Shown here: one piece after another, positions 49,852 through 58,707 of the stretch
Numbering within the stretch: position 1 is the first letter of the stretch
How the letters are laid out: every line of letters begins with the position of its first letter
Assembly: GCA_963765205.1 (NCBI GenBank)
Contig: CAVXVB010000004.1
Coordinates: 207,266-271,265 of the forward strand
Source of the DNA: an uncultured Verrucomicrobiae bacterium
GTDB lineage: Bacteria; Verrucomicrobiota; Verrucomicrobiia; Opitutales; JABDGR01
DNA length: 64,000 bases
Direction: 5' to 3'
Translations under genes and position numbers: made by a program
The notes under the pieces: generated by a model
Seen by the model: only the letters and a program-made list of their open reading frames with translations
What the model was told of the DNA's origin: nothing
The model's database searches: none

Positions 49852-49991
49852 GGCTTAAAGCCCCGATCAGGAAAGGCATCTAATCACGATCGCCCCATCA
49901 AGAAAAGCCCGAAGCGACAGCGCCATTAATCCATTGACCGCCCTTTCCACGAAGCAAATAATTACGTCGCTTTCCTCTAGAACGGCCCCCC

Positions 49992-51558
49992 ATGCCCGCC
50001 CGACCCCCACAGCCCACGCGCCGCGCCGTGCTCAAAGGCGCCGCCGCCGTCGGCCTCACCGCCGCCTTCTCCCGCTGGTCGAAGTTGACCGCGGCGGACG
50101 CCGCCGCCGTCAAAACGGATTCCAAGACAGCTGACAATACTAAATATAACGTCCTATTTCTCATGTCCGATGACATGCGGCCCGAATTGAGCATGTATGG
50201 CAACCCGCTGGTCGCGGCGCCCAACCTGGCCGGCCTGGCGAAATCCGGCGTTCTCTTCCAGCGCGGTTATTGCCAGTTCCCCCTCTGCAACCCCTCGCGC
50301 TCCTCGATGCTGACCGGCCGCCAAGTCATCAACACCGGCATCATGGACAACGTCGCGTATTTCTGGACCCAGCATCCCGAGCTGGTCAGCCTGCCCAAAT
50401 ACTTCCTCCAGCACGGCTACACCACCGCGCGCGTCGGCAAAATTTTTCACTTCGATGACGGCCCCGCCTGGACCGTCGGCGGCCAGACCGGCGGCAGCGC
50501 CGAAAGCGAGACTGGCCGACGACCCCTCCGCCGCCCCCGCCACCGACGAAACCGTCCTCTACAACCGGCAAGTTTCCAGCAGCGCCGGCAAAACCAAACA
50601 GGCCTACTCCGACCAAATTGTTAAGTTGGAAGGCGACGGGCAGGGCCATGGCGACTACGCCACCGCCGACCGCGCCATCGAATACCTCCGCCAATACCAG
50701 GACCGGCCCTTCTTTATCGGCTGCGGCTTCGTCAAGCCCCACAGCCCACCCACCGCGCCTGAAAGATTTTTTGACCTGATACCGTTGGATAAAATCCCGC
50801 TACCGGCGGACTACGCTCCGCACCGCACGGTCCCCGAAGGTTTCCCCGCCGGCTGCTTGCGCCCCAACAACGCCGACCTCTTCATCGGCCGCGACTCCAC
50901 CCCAGACACCGCCAAACAAGTCATCCAAGCCTACCTCGCCTCCATCGCCTGGACGGACTGGAACATCGGCCGCGTCCTCGCAGAACTGGATCGGCTGGGT
51001 CTTCGCAAAAAAACCATCGTTGTGTTCTCCGCCGACCATGGCTACCAGCTTGGCGAAAAAGGCAAATGGTCGAAGGCCGGTTCGCTGTGGGAGGAAGGCG
51101 CGCGCATCCCGATGTTCTTCGCCGCGCCCACCGCCAAGGGGAACGGCCAGATTTGCACGCGCCCGGTCGAAACGATCAACATGTATCCGACCCTCGTCGA
51201 ATTGTGCAACCTCCCGATGCCAGCCGGCCAGGAAGGACGCAGCATGACCAAGCTGCTCGACGCGCCCAAGGCCGAGTGGAATTTCCCCGCCTACACCGTC
51301 TGGAAGGAAACCGGCGAAGCCCCCACCGGCTACGGCGTCCGCGTCGAACACTGGCGCTACGCCGAGTATGACCTCGGCGGCCCCATGTTGCTCGACATGG
51401 ATAACGACCCGCATCAGTTGAAAAACCTCGCGCACGACCCCCGCTATGCCGATGTCGCCGCGAAAATGTCCGACCTCATCGTGCAATACAAGACCCGTGT
51501 TTTCCCCCGCCCGGTCATGACGCCCATCCCCGCCGCGCCCGCCACCGCCACAGCGTAA
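49992..51558 (+). CDS. Tat-exported sulfatase (iduronate/choline sulfatase-like), frameshift near 50505
   Basis: RRAVLK Tat motif, SDDMR, CNPSR, GKIFH, KPH, ADHG..LGEKG. Confidence 0.88.
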
Positions 51559-51573
51559 ATCCCACACCATCCC

Positions 51574-52284
51574 ATGCCCGCCCAGCCCGAAGACCGCATC
51601 GGCGTCCTCGCGGAATACTACGGTGTCGAACCTGGCTTTCTGCGCGCCCTGGTCAACGAACCGCCGTCCAACCGCCGGCTTGCGCTCCAGCGCCAGGGAA
51701 TCAACCCCTACCTCTTCCGTACGATGGTGGATTACACGCGCTACCCCGACGCCGCCCAATTGCATAAAATGCTGCGCAAGCTCCACCAGCCTATCGCGCG
51801 GCTGAACATCCTGGATTTTGGCTGCATGGTCTCCGACTACGGCCTGTATTTTGCCCGGCAGGGCGCCGCGCCCGTGATTTACGACACCGAGGAAATCACG
51901 AAATTTGCCGCCTTCCGCTTCCAGCGGGAAAAGTTTCCCGTGCAAATATTCCACCGGCCCTGCGCGCACCGGCGGCTGATGGCCGGCCGCGACCTGGTGA
52001 TTTTCGGCGAGGTGCTCGAACACCTCTTCAACCCCCTTGAGCCGCTCGCCGCCTGCATCGCCGAATCCGTCCGCTATATTTTCACCAGCCACTATCCCTA
52101 CGGCGACGACGACTATTTCAAGCTGCGCGGGCATCGCGCCTCCGCGCAAGCTCTCCAGCCCGCCTGCCAAGCGCTCCTCCGCGCCCATTACCGCGAAATC
52201 CCCCTCTATAAAAGCGCCCGCCTCTGGGCACGCGTCGGAACGAAATTGCCAGGGCGCAATCCGCCCATCAGGAAAAGCTGTTAG
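51574..52284 (+). CDS. Class I SAM-dependent methyltransferase-like protein
   Basis: ILDFGC motif I, DLVIFGEVLEHL. Confidence 0.7.
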   Translation: MPAQPEDRIGVLAEYYGVEPGFLRALVNEPPSNRRLALQRQGINPYLFRTMVDYTRYPDAAQLHKMLRKLHQPIARLNILDFGCMVSDYGLYFARQGAAPVIYDTEEITKFAAFRFQREKFPVQIFHRPCAHRRLMAGRDLVIFGEVLEHLFNPLEPLAACIAESVRYIFTSHYPYGDDDYFKLRGHRASAQALQPACQALLRAHYREIPLYKSARLWARVGTKLPGRNPPIRKSC

Positions 52285-52497
52285 GAATAGGGCTTTGTCC
52301 TCTTTTTCGCGATCGCGAGCCGCCGCATGGGGCCACGCAAGGTAGGTGGACACCCCAGGCGTTCCGACTCGATTGCTGTTCTACCCGGTCCGTTTCAATG
52401 CGAGAATGTCGTCGGATGAAAATCGCGGGGCCAAGTAAATCCCCCTTTTTTCCAAGTAGTTCGCGGTTGCTCTTCACTCTTGCCTTATTTTCCCGCC

Positions 52498-53675
52498 ATG
52501 CCGCCCAGTCCTCCATTGACCAATCAGAAAAGCCGCTCGTTGAACGGCCTGCCTGAAGGCAGCGCCCCACTCTCAACCGGCCGCGTGTTGGTCGTGGATG
52601 ACGAAAGCGGCAACCGCATTTTGATGACCGACTGGCTTAGCAGCTATGGGCATCAGGTCACCACGGCGGGAAGCGGGAGCGAAGCCCTCCGCGCCGTGGA
52701 GCAGGTAGCGCCAGACGCCATCGTGCTCGATGTCAAGATGCCTGGGATGGATGGGTTCACGGTGTGCGAGAAACTCAAAGGCGATTCGCGGACAGCCATG
52801 ATTCCCATTCTGCTGCTGACTTCGCTGCATGAGCGGGAAGACCGTTTGCGAGGCATGCGGGCGGGGGCCAATGATTTTTTGTTCAAGCCGGCGGATTTGC
52901 CGGATGTGCTTTTGCGTGTGCGCAACGCGGTGCGCCTGAGCCACTTGCATGCGGAGGTCGAGGCGAAACTGCGGGAAATTTCCCGCCAGGAACTGCTGAA
53001 GGAAAGCCTCCTGCACATGATCGTCCATGACTTGCGCACTCCGCTCGCGGCCCTTGATGGGTTTCTGCAGCTTTTGGAAAGAAAACCAAACGCTAACACG
53101 GAAGACCGACACCCGTATTACCTGCAGCAGGCGCTGCGGGCCTCCCACAAATTAGCCCAGCAAGTTGACTTGTTGCTCGACATTCATCGCTTGGAAGAGG
53201 GCCATATGCCGGTACAAGCCGTGTCGCACGATTTGGCCCAAGTGGTGGACGAAGCGGTGACCCCACTGCGGCCCCTCTTTGGCGACCGCCATCTGAAAAT
53301 AGAGTGCCCACCGCAGCCGCTAACAGCGGTCGGCGATCCCGGGCTGCTCGGTCGGGTGGTGTCCAACCTCGTGGGCAATGCCATTGCCTTCACGTCGCCG
53401 ATGGATGGGGAAATTTTCGTGCGGGTGCTGCCACGTCCCGGCCAGGGCCCGCGTGGAAGTGGCGGACAATGGCCCGGGGATTGCGACGGCCAGCCAGCAG
53501 GCTATCTTCGAGAAATTTTACCAAGTGAACACCCGTGACCATGCCCGCCTCGAGCGGTCTGGGTTTGACCTTTTGCAAGCTGGCCCTTGAGGCCCAGCAC
53601 GGGAGCATCGGGGTGGTTTCCGAAGTGGGCGCGGGTGCGCAATTTTGGTTCGAAGTGCCTGCGCTGGTGGCTTAA
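52498..53675 (+). CDS. Hybrid response regulator / histidine kinase with two apparent frameshifts near 53445 and 53548
   Basis: REC domain, HDLRTPL, NLVGNAI; VADNGPGI and SGLGLTFCKLA occur in shifted frames. Confidence 0.8.
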
Positions 53676-53837
53676 CCTGCCGGCGGCGGCGGTGATTTTT
53701 TTGCCCGCGTCGCTAATGCGCCCACGTTACAGCCGCGTTAATTTTCATTTTAGACCTTCGGCGTGTGTCCTTTTGCCGGTGCCCTACAGGCGGTTTTTGC
53801 TTTCCCCGCCGCCCATTTCCCTTTTGTCTATGAAGAT

Positions 53838-54296
53838 ATGGCGGTTTCGGTAATTCTCGACCTCTCCGCGCCGGACGCGCCCACCGCCATCCGCCAGTTG
53901 GCGGAATCCCTCGCCCATGCGCCCGGCGTCGTGGATGGTGCCCGGCTCCTCGCCGACGCCCTGGCCCGCGAAGCCATCCTCTCCACCTATACCGGCGATG
54001 GCGTCGCCCTGCCCCACGCCCGCACCGACGCCGTGACGACGCGCGTCGTCGCCATCGCCCGCAGCCCCGCAGGCGTGCCCTTCGGCTCCAAGGGCGAAAA
54101 AGCCTATCTCATCGTCCTCGTCGGCTGCCCGCGCTCGGACATCAGCGCCTACCTCGCCTTCAGCCGCCAACTGCTGCGCCGACTGCGCGAACCGCTGGTG
54201 CGCGCGAAGTTACTCGCCGCGCCCACCGCGGCTAAATTTCTTCAGACTCTGGAGTTGGGCGAGGCCACAGCTGCCGCCGGCTCCGCCGCGCCATGA
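53838..54296 (+). CDS. PTS EIIA domain protein (fructose/Ntr type)
   Basis: ARE..LST..GDGVALPHAR phospho-His motif. Confidence 0.85.
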   Translation: MAVSVILDLSAPDAPTAIRQLAESLAHAPGVVDGARLLADALAREAILSTYTGDGVALPHARTDAVTTRVVAIARSPAGVPFGSKGEKAYLIVLVGCPRSDISAYLAFSRQLLRRLREPLVRAKLLAAPTAAKFLQTLELGEATAAAGSAAP

Positions 54297-56061
54297 AAGA
54301 GCGCATCCTCTTTTACTACCTCCGTGGGTGGCTCTGGCTGCGTCGCACGGCTCAACCCAACGAGGTGCAATGGAATCTGGCGCTTGCGGCGCTCGTTGGC
54401 ATCGTTGGCGCGCTGCTCGGTCTGCTCTTCCGGCAAGCCACCAACGCCACGCAAACGCTGATGACGGGCCTCACCCTCGGGGGCGCAGCCGCCTTCGCTG
54501 CAATACCCTGGTGGCAGTGCATTGCCGTCCCCACCTTTGGCGGTATCTTGGCCGGACTCGTTCTCACTCTGGGCCAGAAATACATCCGGCAAAAACCCAC
54601 CGATTACATGGAAGCCATCACGCTAGGCGATGGTCGAGTCCCCGCCCGTTCGAGCTTGTATCGCTCGCTTGCATCGCTGCTCAGCATAGCGTCCGGCACC
54701 GCGATTGGCCGCGAGGGCCCTTTGGTACAATTGTCCGCGATGAGCGCGTCGGTGGTCGGCGGCCTGCGCAAGCTGCCCCACCGCGCCGCCGCCTGCTCGT
54801 TGCTTGCGGCGCGGCTGCCGGCATCGCCGCCGCTTACAACGCCCCCATTGCCGCCGCGCTCTTCGTCTCCGAAATCACCGTCGGCTCCCTCGCGATGGAA
54901 AGTCTCGGCCCCCTCATCTTCGCCTCGGTCGCCAGCATCGTCACCATCCACATTTTCTCCGACGCCAGCCCGCTTTACCGCCTCGACCATTTTGCGCTGC
55001 CGCGGTGGGATGAACTTATTTTCTTTGGCGCGGTCGGCATTGTGTGTGGCCTGATGGCCGGCCTGTTCCTGGCCCTGCTCGACCAATTCAAAAAATGGTT
55101 CCAGCGGATCCCGGGCCCACTCGCGCTGAAAATGGGCCTCGGCGGCGCGGTCGTCGGCGGCATCGCGCTGTTGCACCCTGAAGTCACCGGCAACGGCTAC
55201 GACGCCCTCAAGTCCCTTCTCAACGGCCGCCTCGCCCTCGACCCGGGGCAACTGCTTTGGGAGGCCGTGCTGGTGGTGTTGCTGGCCCGCATGGTGGCGA
55301 CCGCCTCCGCCTTCGGCTCAGGCGCGGTGGGCGGCGTGTTCACGCCCACACTGGTCGTCGGCGCCTGCACCGGCTCGCTCTGCTGGCACGCGCTCGCCCG
55401 TTTTTTTCCCGACATGCAATTCGACCAGGCCGGCTTCGCCACCATCGGCATGGGCGCCGTCCTCGCCGCCGCGACCCAGGCGCCGTTCATGGCCATCCTC
55501 ATGATCTTCGAGATGACCCTCAGCTACGAGATCATGATCCCCCTGATGTTATCCAGTGTCATCGCCTATTATACATTCCGCGGTCTGCGCCTCCACTCCC
55601 TCTACCACCATGGACCCGCCGACGACGCCGACATTTTCCACCGCCCCCTCGAAACCCTCACCGTCGCCGACATCATGCAGACGGAGCCGCGCACCATCGG
55701 CCCGGCCGCCCGCTTCGGCGAAGTCGCCCGCCACTTCCTCGCTGGCGGCCTCGACCGCCAATACGTCGTCGGCCCCGGCCGCAAACTCCTCGGCGTCGTC
55801 CGCCTCGAAGACCTGGCCGAACACCTCCACAGCCGCGCCCTGGCCGATGCTTTCATCGCCGGCGATATCGCCCACGACGACCCTGCCGCCCTCGACCCGC
55901 GCTCGTCCCTCCCCGAAGCCCTTGTCCTTTTCGCCCGCGAACACGAACACCTCCTCCCCGTAGCCCGGCCCGATACCGGCGAACTCGCCGGCACCCTCTC
56001 GCGCAATGACCTCCTCCTCACCCTTGCCGAAGCCGGCAAACACACGGGGCCAACTCGATAG
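54293..56061 (+). CDS. ClcB-like chloride channel family protein with CBS domains, frameshift at the C-run 54776-54779
   Basis: DYMEAI, IGREGP, AAYNAP, GGVFTP, FEMT; C-terminal CBS pair. Confidence 0.88.
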
Positions 56062-56180
56062 GTTGCAAGTTGCAGGTTGACACCCAATCACCCGAAAATC
56101 TTTTATGTAATCTTGGTTTGATTTTGCCGATACCCTTCCCCGCCGCAACAACCTGTAACCTGCCCTTTGCAACCTGTAAC
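56061..56180. repeat. Inverted heptamer-array element (ttgcarg / aacctgt) overlapping the holA start
   Basis: Left ggttgca-agttgca-ggttg; right aacctgt-aacctgc...aacctgt-aacc. Confidence 0.7.
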
Positions 56181-57270
56181 CGCGAAACTCTTCACCTTCA
56201 TTTGCGGCGACGATGATTTCCTCGTCTCGCGGCGGGGGCGGGAGCTGTTCACCGAACTGTCCGTCGGCCTGACCGATGAATTTTCCCGCGAAGTCATTGA
56301 GGGCCGCGTCCAAAACCTCGACGAACTCGAAATTGTCCTCAAGTATTTCCGTGCCGCCGTCCAGACCATCTCCCTGTTCGGCGACCGCAAAGCTGTCTGG
56401 CTCAAGGACGTAAATTTTCTCGGCGACACCGTCACCGGCCGCTCCGACGGTGCCAAGACCCTGGTCGCTGATCTGGTGGTCCTGCTCGAAGCGGTGGACC
56501 CCGCCGCAGTCGCCGTTCTCATCACCGCCTGCCCGGTGGACCGCCGCCGCACCGAATACAAGTGGCTCCAGAAAAACGGCGCGGCGGAATTTCTCGGCGG
56601 TGATGGCGACGCGCTTGCCGGCCTCGCCGAGCAGGAAGCCCGCGCGCTCGGCGTCTCCTTCGCGCCCAGCGCGCTGCCATTGCTCGCCGGCAAAGTCAAC
56701 GGCCACACGCGCCTCGGCCTCGAGGAAACCCGCAAACTCGCCACCTATCTCGGCCCCGCCGGCGGCATCATCACCGAGGATCTCATCCGTGCCCTCGTCC
56801 CGGATTTCGGCGAAGGCGATTTCTTCGAGCCTGCCGAAGCCTTTTTCTCCCTCGACCTTGCCTGGACGCTCGACGCGCTCAAGCGCTATTTTTTCGCCGG
56901 CCATTCCGCCCGCCCGCTGCTCTCCAGCTTACAGGGCCGCAATCGCCTCATGATCCAATTGCGCGTGCTGCTTGACGGCGGCGAAATCCGCCTCGGCTAC
57001 CGCGGGATAGACGAGGCGTCCTTCAACGCCGCGCGCAATACTTACGCGCCCCATTTCGGCGGGCTCGAGGACAAATCCACCTTCAACGTCTTCACGCAAA
57101 ACGTCTGGTATCTGGGCAAGCTGGGCGAAAAGGCCAAGGCCCTGCCCCTTAAACGCCTGATTGATTTCCAGACCGCCTTCATCGCCACCTTCGAGGAATT
57201 CCTCCAGCGCGGCGTTTCCGAAGAGGAATCCATCATGCGCGAACTCGCCGTCCGCTGTCTGGGAAACTGA
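56167..57270 (+). CDS. holA: DNA polymerase III delta subunit
   Basis: ICGDDDFL, TISLFGDRK, EETRKLATY. Confidence 0.85.
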   Translation: MQPVTAKLFTFICGDDDFLVSRRGRELFTELSVGLTDEFSREVIEGRVQNLDELEIVLKYFRAAVQTISLFGDRKAVWLKDVNFLGDTVTGRSDGAKTLVADLVVLLEAVDPAAVAVLITACPVDRRRTEYKWLQKNGAAEFLGGDGDALAGLAEQEARALGVSFAPSALPLLAGKVNGHTRLGLEETRKLATYLGPAGGIITEDLIRALVPDFGEGDFFEPAEAFFSLDLAWTLDALKRYFFAGHSARPLLSSLQGRNRLMIQLRVLLDGGEIRLGYRGIDEASFNAARNTYAPHFGGLEDKSTFNVFTQNVWYLGKLGEKAKALPLKRLIDFQTAFIATFEEFLQRGVSEEESIMRELAVRCLGN

Positions 57271-57285
57271 AAAGTTGGCGCCGTT

Positions 57286-58707
57286 TTAAACATCCGTCAG
57301 GCGTCCGGTCGAATCGCCGAAGCGCTCCATGCTCGGGACACCCATGCGGTCAAGCATGCTGAGGTAGAGGTTGGCAATCGGGGACGGGTCATTCTGGATG
57401 TAACGTCCCGGCGTGAGTGTCCCGCCGCCCGCGCCGGCCAGAATGACCGGAAGGTTTTGATGGTTGTGGCGGTTGCCGTCGGCAATGCCGGTGCCATACA
57501 TAATCATCGAATTGTGCAGCAGGGAATTTCCATCCACATCCTTGGTCGCCTCCATTTTTTCCAGAAAGTAGGCTAGTTGTGCGACATACCAATTCTCAAT
57601 GGTGCAAGTCTTGGCGATCAAATCCGGGTCGTTATGATGGTGCGTGCAAAAATGGTGGCCCTCGGGAACGCCAATCTCCGCGAAATCGCGGTTGTTGCCG
57701 TCGCCCGCGAACATGAAGGTGGCCACGCGCGTGTTGTCCGTTAGGAAAGCCAGATGCAGCATGTCCAGGTTCAGCCGGACGTAATCCTTAAAACTGGCGG
57801 GAATGCCGTCGGGCGCGTCCCGACCCGGGTCGGGGTGTTGGTCGGACGAAGTTTCCGCGCGCTGGATGCGCTGCTCGATCTCGCGCACGCTCGTAAGGTA
57901 TTCGTCGAGTTTCTGGTTGTCGCGGGTGGACAGGCCACGGCTGAAATCGCGGGTCTCGCTGGCAACAAAATCAAGGACGGAACGCTGCTGGGTTTTGCGC
58001 AACTGGAGGCTCTGCAGTCGCTCCGCCGGCGTCGCGCCGGTACCAAAGAGGCGCTCGAATAGCAGGCGCGGGTTGTTTTCGGGCACCAAAGGCGAGGTGG
58101 GCGAGCTCCAGGAAACATTTTTCTGGTAAACACAAGCATAGCCCGAATCGCAATTACCCGCGTTTTGCACGATGTCGCAGGACATCTGCAAGGACGGGAA
58201 GGGCGTCAAATGGCCCATAAACTGGGCGGCGACCTGGTCAACGGAAATGCCGGCCCGGATGTCGGCCCCTTCGGTTTTTTTGCAACGGACGGCGGTCAGG
58301 ATGGTGCCGCCGCCGCGGCCGTGGTCGCCGGGACCATCCGAACCGGCGTTGGCGGAATCATCATTCAACCCGCCGAGCACCTGGATTTTATCCTTCACGT
58401 TGACCAGCGGCTTCATCGTGTCATTGAACTCAAAGTCCTTGCCTTCGCCAGTCGGGAACCATTTGCCGGGATAGCATCCATTGGCAAAAGTCAAAAAGGC
58501 CATGCGCAAGGGCGCGCCCGTCGCCGTGGTGGCTGCCCCCGCCGTCCCCAGCGAAGTCGCCGCCGTGTCCGCCAACAAACGGCGCGGCAGCACCGACTCC
58601 ATTGCCGGCAGTGCCAGGCAGACTCCCAGACCGCGCAGGAACCGCCGGCGATTCAGGCTGTGGTGGCGTTCGGCAGCAACCTGATGATTAGGGTAAGGCG
58701 TTTTCAT
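57286..58707 (-). CDS. DUF1552 (HXXSHH) domain protein, copy 1
   Basis: RRRFLRG..LALP Tat-like leader, SVDQVAA, P.LLFERLFG, HHFCTHH, LYLSMLD. Confidence 0.88.
   Translation of the reverse strand: MKTPYPNHQVAAERHHSLNRRRFLRGLGVCLALPAMESVLPRRLLADTAATSLGTAGAATTATGAPLRMAFLTFANGCYPGKWFPTGEGKDFEFNDTMKPLVNVKDKIQVLGGLNDDSANAGSDGPGDHGRGGGTILTAVRCKKTEGADIRAGISVDQVAAQFMGHLTPFPSLQMSCDIVQNAGNCDSGYACVYQKNVSWSSPTSPLVPENNPRLLFERLFGTGATPAERLQSLQLRKTQQRSVLDFVASETRDFSRGLSTRDNQKLDEYLTSVREIEQRIQRAETSSDQHPDPGRDAPDGIPASFKDYVRLNLDMLHLAFLTDNTRVATFMFAGDGNNRDFAEIGVPEGHHFCTHHHNDPDLIAKTCTIENWYVAQLAYFLEKMEATKDVDGNSLLHNSMIMYGTGIADGNRHNHQNLPVILAGAGGGTLTPGRYIQNDPSPIANLYLSMLDRMGVPSMERFGDSTGRLTDV

Noticed and set aside
52285..52480. 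Possible ncRNA or IS end in the intergenic region
   Set aside because: No convincing structure, second copy or partner repeat was found
53689..53726. Fluoride riboswitch-like text (ggcggtg...gctaatg...ccac) upstream of EIIA-ClC
   Set aside because: The pseudoknot pairing is absent and the ClC has GREGP rather than the fluoride-type GREGT signature
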